A stretch of DNA of 55,831 nucleotides, counting the filler, from Catajapyx aquilonaris (taxonomy: Eukaryota): the NCBI GenBank assembly GCA_000934665.2. It is 4 parts of 4 records of this genome, joined end to end, with 100 filler letters (N's around TTAATTAATTAA, not from the genome) between each part and the next. Parts side by side here need not be neighbours in the genome. Positions count along the whole stretch, not along the records: positions 1 to 13,888 come from JYFJ02007953.1; positions 13,989 to 27,869 come from JYFJ02007954.1; 2 more parts are not named here. The stretch is one strand, 5' to 3'. Each line of letters begins with the position of its first letter. Positions within the stretch are counted from its first letter, which is position 1. Both the position numbers and the translations under genes were made by a program. The notes beneath the pieces are model-generated. The model was not told the origin of the DNA and did not search any database. It worked only from the letters and a program-made list of their open reading frames with translations. Positions 11,791 through 21,668 of this stretch are shown here, in pieces.

Positions 11791-12191
11791 TTACAGTGGT
11801 TTCTTGCAAATCATTCCGCAAACAGAAGTGCAGCACTTTTGATTATTGCAGCAGTCGCAGTCACTGGCACAGAATTTCATGTCAGGGCTTTTCACGCATG
11901 GTCCCTGCTTTGCATCAAGAGGGCATTTCCCTGGTATTTCTGGGCAGGCCATCTTGGTGCAACCGTCTTGACCAGGTCCCGCGCCACATGTACAGTCGTT
12001 ACATCCATTGTTGTACTTGGTTCCTACGGGACACGGATCTGCACAAATAATATTAGAGAGTAGCACAGGTTTTCAAATTGCTGATTAATGAAGATCTCAG
12101 CAGCTGGTAATTTGAATTTACCTGGACGGCAAGCCATGGCGATTCCTGTTATTACCAGAATGAGGCAGAAGAGAGGAAATGCTTTCCACAT
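11791..12191 (-). CDS. Secreted pacifastin + WAP domain protein (copy 6)
   Basis: Exon 1 12191-12122 MWKAFPLFCLILVITGIAMACRP, exon 2 12038-11791 DPCPVGTKYNNGCNDCTCGAGPGQDGCTKMAC-PEIPGKCPLDAKQGPCVKSPDMKFCASDCDCCNNQKCCTSVCGMICKKPL*. Confidence 0.92.
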
Positions 12192-12544
12192 GATTGGATC
12201 TAAAAACCTCACTTGTTTCTCTCTCGAATGCTGCTGATTTAGTGCCCAATGCGCAGCTATAAAAGGTTTGTCTCCGACCACATTTTGTGGCAATAATCAA
12301 ATAAAAGGTCTTCCGCTGCAGCACCTGTTGCTCCGGCAAGGTCGCATATGTGATATGAAGCCACATTGGCCTATCACATGATTTGCAAAACATACGCGGT
12401 ACATGTTATGCAATGGCTGCATCATGCTCATGGAGAGATCTGTTAATGAAAATATGATGCAATTATTTATGCTTTTTTATTTAACTAAAACAGTGGATTG
12501 TGGTTGAGAAGTGGCTGTATAGTAATACATATACGTAAGTTTTT

Positions 12545-12856
12545 GAAGCATTTGTTCCACTATGAACAACAGAATTATTACAATTGCATCATTTCGGAAA
12601 CGCTACGGTGCTATAAGGGAGATTATTCTGCGAAAAATATCAACTGGTGAAGTTACAGCTTTATAAGTCCCAGGGTTACATGGAACTGTAATAACAATAA
12701 TTAAGTCTTCATATGTTTTGATTTAAATTTATTTGTATAATATGCAGTTCGACATAATTCTGACTGGAAAATGTCCACATACTTGGTCGACAGGTAAAAG
12801 AGATTTCTGTTGTCAGCAACAGAAAAGCGCAGAAGAAAAGCAGAGCACTTGGCCAT
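12545..12856 (-). pseudogene. Decayed pacifastin-WAP paralogue (copy 7)
   Basis: Exon 1 12856-12783 has a 1-nt frameshift between the ATG and FCAFLLLTTEISFTCRP|GTATGT. Exon 2 from 12685 begins PCNPGTYK then shifts (CNF). A distal remnant reads FCCS*WNKCFK. Confidence 0.75.
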
Positions 12857-13200
12857 GGATCTTCTCATTTCTGTTCACGTCTACAACTTTAATCCGGTTC
12901 TGATAACCTGACTAGCTCTTCTTTGCGTCTTTGGAATTATCGTGATTCAGTTAGCAATCGCGAGGCACGGATTTACTTCTGGATAGGTTTTAGTCAGTGA
13001 GGGAATGGGAGGAAACAACAGGACACGCAACACCTGTTGCTCTGGCAATGACACAAATGAAGCACCACATGTTAATTAGGAAGTCTTGTACCGCTTATTC
13101 AATGCATTTTTGTTGAATTGTTATGAAAGCCGGATATTACAATGAAAATGTGGGCTGCTATTGTGGTGTTTGCTATTTCAAGCAAAAAGCAAGCTTTGAT

Positions 13201-13888
13201 TGGGCAATTCCACGTGAACGCGGCCACCTTTTTCACGAAAAAATTTGCCCGTCGATGAGATATGTCGGTGAGATATGTTTGAGTCCATCTCAAGTTATGA
13301 CCTTTCCCATAAGGATTTGGTCCGCCGATGCGTGGTTGCCCATCTGCAGGCGCTAATTGCACTTGGATCACAGTTAGAGGCGCCCCCTATTACATTTACA
13401 TGACAACGTAAATGCATGATGTAATACATGTTTCATGTGTGAAATTGTCTCCTCTTTCCGACAAAAATAGTCACTTTCCGCTAGCTGTGCAAATTCATGT
13501 CACAAATCGACATTTTTGCAAACAAATTACTTTTTCAAAAAAGTGCCAAAATCAAATGTCATTGCATTAATATCAAAATGCACCTTGAAGTGTCCTCTAT
13601 CAGTGGTACAAACGGAATTTTGGAATACGAAATGGTTACGGAGCTATAGGCACTGACGTGGAGCGCTGCTCTAGTGGCCACGCCGCCGAATGAAAATGAG
13701 CGGCCCACCTAGGTCCGTCTTCATGTCTCAGGTAGTGTACGCTTGTCCTTTGTGTTTAATTCACTTAATAATATAGTTAATGTAGTTATAGTTTTAATAT
13801 ATCTAGAAAAAGTTCCAAATAAATTTGGTCCGCTACTGGGCAATTCCACGTGAACGTGATCACCTTTTGCACAAGAAAATCTGGCCAT
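13201..13888. repeat. Two direct copies of a repeat terminus TGGGCAATTCCACGTGAACG, probably DNA-transposon derived
   Basis: About 50-bp similar copies starting at 13201 and 13837; the second is cut by the contig end. Confidence 0.6.
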
Positions 13889-13988
13889 NNNNNNNNNNNN
13901 NNNNNNNNNNNNNNNNNNNNNNNNNNNNNNNNTTAATTAATTAANNNNNNNNNNNNNNNNNNNNNNNNNNNNNNNNNNNNNNNNNNNN
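13889..13988. other. Artificial contig spacer
   Basis: N44-TTAATTAATTAA-N44, stops in all six frames. Confidence 0.97.
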
Positions 13989-14254
13989 CGACTCAGACAG
14001 AGCCATACAAGCTGGGTAACCCTTCCAAACCAACCAACCAAACCAACCAAGGCAGAACCAGACGGGTTTGGGGCTTCCACTAGGAAGCAACCGGCCTGCC
14101 TCTACCTGTTCCGGGTATGAGAGGATACCACCGTGCACGCATTATTGAAGGGGAAGAACCCCATTTTTAGCCGGTAACCCCCTGCCACTCCTTCCAGCCT
14201 AGGTGAACCGACCCTGCTGGATCCAGCCAGCTTGCCACCACTATTGAAGCCAGG

Positions 14255-14430
14255 CATCTGCCAACTGAACTAAAGCCTGCCACGGTACCTGCGGACACAT
14301 GGCCGCCTAACTACCGCATCTGCTAACTGAAACAAAGCTTGCCACGGTACCTGTGGACTTATGCCCGCTTACCAACGCACCTGCCAACGGGACTAGCTAG
14401 CCACAGTACCTGCGGACACATGCCCCCTTG
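14255..14430. repeat. ~61-bp tandem repeat, about 3 copies
   Basis: GCCAC(G/A)GTACCTG(C/T)GGAC recurs at about 14279, 14341 and 14400. Confidence 0.75.
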
Positions 14431-14692
14431 CTAAAACACCTGTAAGCCCATGCCAAAAACCTAGTCAGCTTCCAAGTGTTCCCACCTCCCCGACTGACCA
14501 CGGGCGGGAACCCGAACTTGGGCAATCTTAGTAGCGCCGGGGTCACTCACGGTCCAACACGTAGACCCGTGACGTTACATTATCATGATTGGCCCTCCCT
14601 GGCCATCTATGACGTCATCTGGGACGTCATGACCCAGCTACCGAAAATCATATCGCAATACCACCACACTTGGAGAGCGCCGCTGAGTGGTG

Positions 14693-15317
14693 TGAAATGA
14701 CGATTTAACACGACAACAGTCGAATTTGACATTGTTGCGGACGTTAGTTCTGACAACGTACTTTGATGGACGGATGTCAAGAGGTTTCAGAACACTGATG
14801 AGTTATTGCAAATTATTTGTAGCACCGGCAGAGTATATATCATTTCGTTATTGTCTAGGGAGACTGTATTGTTTATTTTCTGAAACGGAATTGTTATATT
14901 TCTTATGAACTATGTATGAGCATTATTCTTGTCAATGTGATTCCTCTTTTCTTTTGTTTGAAATTTTGACGTTTACAGATTTTATTGTTGTTATTCCTCT
15001 ATTGTCTTGTAATGGTACTATAGACATCTTTTGCAGTTAATTTTGAATTGAGGGTGTATAATGTTTTTTTGGAACGAGATGATTCTGCATTATATGCAAC
15101 ATTATTCATGATACATTTGGGAAATTATTTCATTCTAATTGTTTGCCTCTCATATTCCGGAAGTATACCACGAAATATGTGCTAAAGCGGTCTCTGGTGC
15201 CATCGTTCTAAGTTTTCGTACATCTTACAACTACACATCCTATAACAACATTGTTTTCCAGTGAACTGCGCAGATTTCGTGAGGCAATCACTTTCGTCGT
15301 GTTAAATCGCCATTTCA
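14693..15317. mobile_element. Non-autonomous TIR element
   Basis: 22-bp TIRs TGAAATGACGATTTAACACGAC and GTCGTGTTAAATCGCCATTTCA (1 mismatch); AT-rich non-coding interior; TSD not evident. Confidence 0.65.
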
Positions 15318-15319
15318 GC

Positions 15320-15746
15320 TGTGACCTGCCCCATTTTCCATTGCCTGCCATAAACCCTGTATCCAACTTGTATGCCTCCTTTCCCCTATCAGTTGGAGAT
15401 TAGCTTGTGTCATACCCATCAGGCCCTTGGCTTCCCCCGTCCTATATAAGCAGCCAACCGGTCATCCTCGAGGCCTGTTGGTAGTCCTCTACTACGGAGG
15501 CCACTGGCCCGGCCATTGGGCTCCCTTTCGTAGGGATGCCTATGGTCGTCCCATACCTCACTACCTTTCCTTTTGCTTTCCCTTCGTCCATCTCCTCACA
15601 GAACTACTCCGGACTATTGTCATCTGTACTCATATTCATTCCGTAAATAAAATCCAGAGGAAAGGCAGGACCCACTGTGTTTATGTGTCACCGTACCTGT
15701 CACATACAGGGTTTATGGCAGGCAATGGAAAATGGGGCAGGTCACA
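15320..15746 (+). mobile_element. Solo LTR-like element with 43-bp perfect inverted ends
   Basis: TG...CA ends; 4-bp TSD CAGC (15316-15319, 15747-15750); TATATAAG near 15443; AATAAA near 15646. Confidence 0.7.
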
Positions 15747-15750
15747 CAGC

Positions 15751-15942
15751 CATGTTGGATCCGCCATGTTGAATTTTTCAATTCTAACAACGCATTTGAA
15801 TTCTGCGACTAACAAAACCCCCGCATCCCAATTTCGGGTTGAAAAGCAATAGTTTCAGATCAGCCTGGCCTCCATGTTGGATCCGCCATTTTGCATTCTT
15901 CAATTCTAACAACGGATTTGAATTCTGCGACTAACTAAACCC
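15751..15942. repeat. ~122-bp tandem duplication (CATGTTGGATCCGCCAT unit)
   Basis: Unit starts at 15751 and 15873, sharing CAATTCTAACAACG.ATTTGAATTCTGCGACTAAC. Confidence 0.75.
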
Positions 15943-16189
15943 GTAAATCCTGAATTTTCTGAAGATTAAGTAATTTCTTTGCGTCTTCTAGAGTATCTAG
16001 ACGTTTGTCCACTAAAACGGGGTCTGCGGACCACTGTGCGCCGGCGAGCGCCAAGCCAGGCCGGGAACCTCCCACAAACCACCCCCTCAGGAGTGATACG
16101 TCACCGCGCGCAATCACTCTGGTAGCATGCGCGCGGGCTCTACCAAGTATTGAGGTCCTGGGGTGACTGTGTCGGAGACATCATCAGCG

Positions 16190-16441
16190 AGCGTCATGGA
16201 CACCTACAACTTACTGAAACCACGTGGATGTCCAGCGATGGATGATGTACCTGCTGCTTATCCCAGGGAATTGCCCCTGAATCCGAACAAAGTCAATGAC
16301 TTGAAAACATTTTTGCCATCCATTGAAAGGGCAGCGCAACCTTACTTTGAGGACATCATTGCCAAGTACAGCTCAGACAAGCGTGATGGTCATGGTGCAA
16401 CAGGGAGTGACAGTGAGGTTTGGGACAGCGAGGACGATTAG
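16190..16441 (+). mobile_element. C-terminal fragment of a DNA transposase (Sola-like)
   Basis: AYPRELPLNPNKVNDLKTFLPSI...YF followed by an acidic tail, resembling Sola1-type transposase C-termini (from memory). Confidence 0.4.
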
Positions 16442-17316
16442 GCGGAGCGTTGCTGAAGGATTCACTAAGATAAGGGATATCTAGTTTTTGAAATGTATTC
16501 AGTTAATAGATGAAAATCAACATATTTGGTTCCCTTTTTGAGATCTGTGACTAGGCTGAGTTCAAGAACACCCTAATTACAATGACTTTGTGATTTTTCC
16601 CCACCGCCCCTATTTCAGTGACATGGATCACTTTTCGCAGGTGACTTCAAAGAATGGAAATGAACATACCTACCAAAATTCATAGGAATACATCTCTTAG
16701 AATGGTGGTTAAACAGTTTTTCGTGTTTTTCTCGAAATCGCTCCAACTGGAATTAGGGTGTTCTTCTCTACGGCTTCAATTATAACAAAGCCGAAAATGG
16801 TGTGAATAATTCTGGAATCATTAATCAAGTAGTCATCATTGGCAGATTGTGAACCTTGTTTCATTACACGTAATTATGAAGGCTTTTGGAACAATCTCAC
16901 GCACTCATATGTGTTGGATGAATGCTGTGCAGATGTCACTTGCCATTCACCTTTAAACTCATAGTATTTATTGCATCAGAAACAAACGACAAGTAGTTCT
17001 TAAGTATAGAGTTGATCTAGAGTGACAGGCGATACCAGAGAGCATTCAACGGCAAGTGTGTACACTTTTCAAAAGACACTCTTCAAAAGTAGTAATTATT
17101 CCTCCCCTTCACGTACCCTAGACCATTCATAGGTTTCGGACTACAGCTCCCGAAAGATACGTACTATTTTCATTAGCTAAACGTTCACCTTTAAAATATA
17201 AGGCTACTTCCCACTGATTCGTTTATAATTTCAGAAAACTCACGTCCAGTGAAACCTAGGCCAATTATTATGTTCAAGTTGTTGGTGTTGGTTGATGGGG
17301 AAGAACAGGGAGGCCT

Positions 17317-17518
17317 ATCAGAGATATTGTCACCCACTTCCGAAGGAGCCCACAAGCTTCGTAGAAGCTCAAAGCAGCACAACAGGATTTGTCTGCCAGT
17401 GGCCCAAAGGGGTTCTCCAGAGACGTTGAAACAAGGTGGAATTCTACCTTTAATATTCTGAGAACTTTTGTTGAGCAAGAAGAAGCAATTCGCAGTACTT
17501 TGGCACTACTGAATGCAA
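17317..17518 (+). mobile_element. hAT (ZBED-type) transposase fragment
   Basis: Manual translation IRDIVTHFRRSPQAS*KLKAAQQ...RDVETRWNSTFNILRTFVEQEEAI; the TRWNST motif is diagnostic. Confidence 0.85.
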
Positions 17519-17559
17519 GACGTCGCTGACGACTCCGGCTTCAATGACGCCATCCGAGA

Positions 17560-17650
17560 CCCGAGTTGTAAATACCCCCATTGCCAGAAGGTGTTTTCCA
17601 GACAGTATGTCCTCCAGGTTCACATCCGGACGCACACCGGTGTGAAGCCC
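17560..17650 (+). pseudogene. Isolated C2H2 zinc-finger fragment
   Basis: CKYPHCQKVFSRQYVLQVHIRTHTGVKP with a TGEKP-like linker; the next finger is degenerate. Confidence 0.7.
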
Positions 17651-17768
17651 TCAGTCTATGAACCCTACTCCGAGCTGGTTACACAATCTCGATTGAACAT
17701 GGAGACACACACGCATCGTCTCTCAAGCTAATAGGACGTGCCTTTTGACTCCTCTGGCCGTTAACACT

Positions 17769-18050
17769 ATGGCCACACTGACCCAGATTCGGGAGCTGTT
17801 GAACGATATAGAAGGGAGGCTGTCAGGCAAACTTTCATCGGTGGCGGAGCAGCTCGAAGCAAAATGGACCCTAGGCATCCAGGAAGTGAAAACCGAATTG
17901 CTGTTGACATCCGAAAGGCAAGTCGCAATGGCCAGGGAGCTCCAGAACACGTCGGCCCAGGTGAAAGATCTATCGGACCAGCTGGAGGCACTGCAGAATC
18001 ACACCCGCCGCGATAATCTGGTGTTTTACGGCATCCACGAAGAGTGTGCT
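17769..18050 (+). mobile_element. LINE ORF1-like coiled-coil fragment
   Basis: Heptad-rich segment ending LEALQNHTRRDNLVFYGIHEE, the RRxNL...G..E motif of L1/CR1/L2-type ORF1 proteins. Confidence 0.65.
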
Positions 18051-18974
18051 GCACTAAAAGGGCTATGTGGCCAAGATAAGAAAGAACTGGAAAAGAAGGC
18101 ACGGGAGACCATACGGGAGCTGGAAATATTGTCTACCAAACCAATGCTCAATTATTACACCCACATTCGTGGGTCGGACAAGCCAAGAGTAATACAAGAG
18201 ACTGGCTGTACAACTAGTACAAGTAGCTCAACAACCAGCACTGCACCTTTAATACCAGGGGACACAGGTACACTACTTGTAGCACATTGCGCAGCAGCAG
18301 TTTTCCCCATGTCACTCCAATTTAATTTTAAAGCAGCCTTAACACTCAGAATTGTAAAGATGTTTTAAGACAATTCCCATGTAAGTTGAAGATTTTTATA
18401 TCCGAGTCACATGTTAATATTGACCCACAGTGAAAAATTTATATGTTGCTGCATTTAGAGAATATGCTTATTACCTTCTTGAAATTAACCCTGTGCTATC
18501 AATCAGCGTATTACGTTAAAATTCCGAATTGTTTCTATTTCACTTAAGGTGTTCAAGGGCAGAAGGTATTATCAGCACTACCTTGATATCTTCAGAGCGA
18601 GTCAGACCTCTTCGCATAGCAGCGAAAAGACAGCGGGGGTACCCAGGGGCAGGGGCATTCCACGCAACATTCTTCAAGCAAGAGAGATGCGTCCGCTAGG
18701 TCACCCCTGGACCTGTACCTGTGTCGGGCGGCGCCCCTGTTGTGTCACCGAGGTCCTTTTTGGTCGTCAGTCCGCCCTCGTGTGTGGTGTGGTGGGGCTT
18801 CTGAGACCCTTTTTTTTTTTTGGCTAGGCCTACTCTTGTGGTGGTTGTGGTGGGGAGGAGGAGCGGGGATCTAGCGGCTACGGGAATCCCACGGAGTGCG
18901 AATCCCGTCAGCTGCTAATTGATTCCCCATCAACAGCTACGCGGTTTCCAGGGGATCGGTCGACGAGCGGCTAG

Positions 18975-19730
18975 AACTCATGGCACAAATGCATATGACT
19001 TTCTGTTGACTACTATGCTACTGGTAGATGATATGGGACGAGGTTTTCCTGTTGCATACTGCATAAGCATCAAGTGCTGCCAAGAAGCGATGCAAGTGTT
19101 TTTCTTTTCTGTAAGGGACAAAGCTGGCAGGACAATTGAGTCAAAGGTGTTCATGTCCGACGATGCTGCAGCATATTGCAATGCATGGACAGTTGCCATG
19201 CATCATCGTCCAAAACATTTGCTATGCTCTTGGCATGTAAATAAAAACTGGAGGGAAAACATCGCCAAGTTGGTTTTGGGAGAGAAGGCCATTAAGGCAG
19301 AAGCGTACAAGTACGTTCGACTGCTGATGGAGGAGAGATGAAGAACGTTTGAAGGAACTTCTTTCCCAGATTATTGGAATGTTTCTGCAATCTCCTCAGA
19401 CTAACAGTAAGATATTCGGTCAGTATTTTCAATCATACTATGCACACCGAGTCCATATGTGGGCCTATTTCTACAGGAAGGAGTGTGGCATTAACACCAA
19501 CATGAGGCTGGAGCATGCACAGTTCTAAAACACACATACTTTCAGTCGAAAAAAATTAAGCGGGTGGATAAGTGCGTGGATGCGCTCTTAAAGATGACGA
19601 GAGATCTTGTCCAAGATTATGGGATAAGGCAGATGAAGAGAACTGCGAGCGAGACGATGAAGGGCATCAGAGAACGCCATAGGAAAGGGCAAGGCATTTC
19701 GAAGGAGGACACATATAGTGCGGGAGAGCA
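18975..19730 (+). mobile_element. Mutator/MULE transposase fragment (frameshifted)
   Basis: THGTNAYDFLLTTMLLVDDMGRGFPVAY, FMSDDA, LLCSWHVNKNW, WAYFYR..GINTNMRLE, KRVDKCVDALL. Confidence 0.9.
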
Positions 19731-19754
19731 ATAGGCTATTCATGCTGTGTCACC

Positions 19755-21300
19755 TGACATGAAGCTTGATATCCAGAGATCCCAAAAGAGTTCCAAGGGT
19801 ATAATTGGACAGACAAGACAGCAGATGTACGTCCCTGAATGGGAGTTAACCTACCATGAGGTGCTGGCAATAAGCAACTTCTTGAGAGAACTAATTGGTG
19901 CTGAAAACGCAGGTTACAGGGAGGCGACTGTTCATCAGGAATTGTCGGGAAATGTATCTTCCAATGTGTTAGAGGGTGTCAATAAGGAATGTGAATTCAT
20001 GATCTCCAGGGGTAATCCAGATGAAATGTCCAGCCATACGCAGCTTCATAATTTTATCACAAAACAGTGTGTACCTAGGGATATTGCTATTCGTCTTATG
20101 AAAGTGAGGTTACAAAGTATTTCGAAATGAACGTTGTGACGAAAAGCAAAAAAATTTTCGGATGTTATTAAAAAGGTGCAGCTACCATCAATGGAGAGAA
20201 AACCAATGATTATCTCAAAATCCATGTTTCCTTCCCAAAAAAATATTATCGCTGCAGCTGACAGAAGCATACAAATCGCTAAAGATAGGGGACAAACTAT
20301 GAAGGAAGTTTTGAAATATGATGTGTTGCCGTCTAACATCTTGTTTGATGATAATGGCTTTCCAACGAAACCGGTGAAGTATCTTCTGTTAGTTGAGCTT
20401 GAGAAGCAACTGCAGACGTTAGATTACAGCTTTCAACAGCGTGATGTCATGCAAACTGCAAGCTGTTATCGTGGACTTTATGTCTCAAGTTCGCCAAATC
20501 AGACTTCAGGACATGAAAACATTTCAGAATGTTTTTGACAAACTTTGGACAAATGCAACGCAGGACCAACAAGTGGATAGAATAGACTTCGTGTTCGATA
20601 GTTATACTGAGCAGTCACTAAAGGAGGGTGAAAGAGAACGACGGAAAACTGTTGATCCAATAGAATTGATGGAAATAGAATTTGAAACGCCTATTCCCAT
20701 ACAGATTGACAGATTTTGGCCTTCCAACAAAAAAAAAAGAAAAAAAGATGCTGAAATTGTGTGCACGTAAGAGAATTGCCGATTTGGCAAAAATTTCGAC
20801 AATGATTACAGTACTTAGTGGAACTATAACAGGAGACAATGACATCAGAGATGCGTTCATTGTTAGTAATAAGGAAGTTCGTACCTGCTATGAGCTTAAA
20901 GTCTCTGCTGAAGAAGCAGATACCGGGATGATAATCCATATGTTCCATGCTGTTCAAGCGGGAATGAAAAGCATCATAGTGTTGTCAAATGACACAGACG
21001 TGGTTGTTCTTTTCCTTCGCTACATATTTGAATAATTGTTCACAAAAGGATTGGAAGAATTGTGGATTAAAGTTGGAGTGTGTGATAAAGTGCGATATGT
21101 ACCTCTTCACACACTTGGGAAGCGTCTTGGAGCTACGGTTTGCGGTATTCTGATTAAAGATCATGTCATTACTGGTTGCGATGTAACAAGCAAGATAGGA
21201 ACAAAGTTGTCTTCCTTGAAGGCAACACCAGAAATTTTTTTGCTTGGGTTTGGGGAAGAAAATAACATGTCAGATGAAACGCTGGACAAAGCTGAGGAGG
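19755..21300 (+). mobile_element. Degenerate Academ-like transposon ORF with XPG/PIN-like nuclease motifs
   Basis: Across several frameshifts: VIVDFM, RIDFVFDSY...SLKEGERERR, EEADT..IIH, IIVLSNDTDVVVL, LWIK.G...RYVPLH, HVITGCDVTSKIGTK. Confidence 0.7.
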
Positions 21301-21668
21301 CGATTCCGTCCGCGCCTGCTGCCAGGGCTCTTTTGCAGGAGTCTCTTCCGGCGCCACTTCTGCAGGAGGGATTTCGGAATATTGGAAAAGTCAGGGAGGG
21401 GTTGCGGGTGGTTTGCCGTTCTGTGGCGCAGCGGGACCAGGTCGTTCAGGCCCTTCAGGCTAAAGGAGTTGGCGTCAGGGCAGGGGTTAAGAGTCGCCCG
21501 ACGATGCGACTGACTGGGTTGGGTGTTGGGTTTTCGAGGGAGACGCTGTTTTCGGAAATCCAACGCAGCAACGATGGGTTGCTGCGAGAGTTTCTGCCCT
21601 TGTCGGACCATCTGAAGGTTCTGAGCAGTAAGCCCTGTGAAAACAAGTCCCGAGAAAACTGGTTCTAG
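21300..21668 (+). mobile_element. Gag-like ORF1 fragment of an R1/Jockey-group LINE, abutting the Academ-like ORF in frame
   Basis: Abrupt GC rise at about 21300; REGLRVVCRS...KSRPTMRLTGL...EIQRSN resembles pre-CCHC LINE gag regions. Confidence 0.5.

Larger units (their letters stand above)
1751..13055 (-). promoter_or_regulatory. Dispersed conserved upstream motif GGCAATGACG(T/C)A (+ strand reading; CRE/ATF-like core) in front of each cluster copy
   Basis: Instances at 1751, 2767, 3399, 5167, 6546, 11051, 12335 and 13044. Seven lie 109-188 bp upstream of a paralogue ATG; 1751 has no gene. Exact GGCAATGACGTA at 1751, 2767 and 5167, degenerate elsewhere. Confidence 0.65.

Noticed and set aside
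13933..13944. TTAATTAATTAA as a biological motif
   Set aside because: Identical in all three N-flanked spacers; a synthetic six-frame stop linker.
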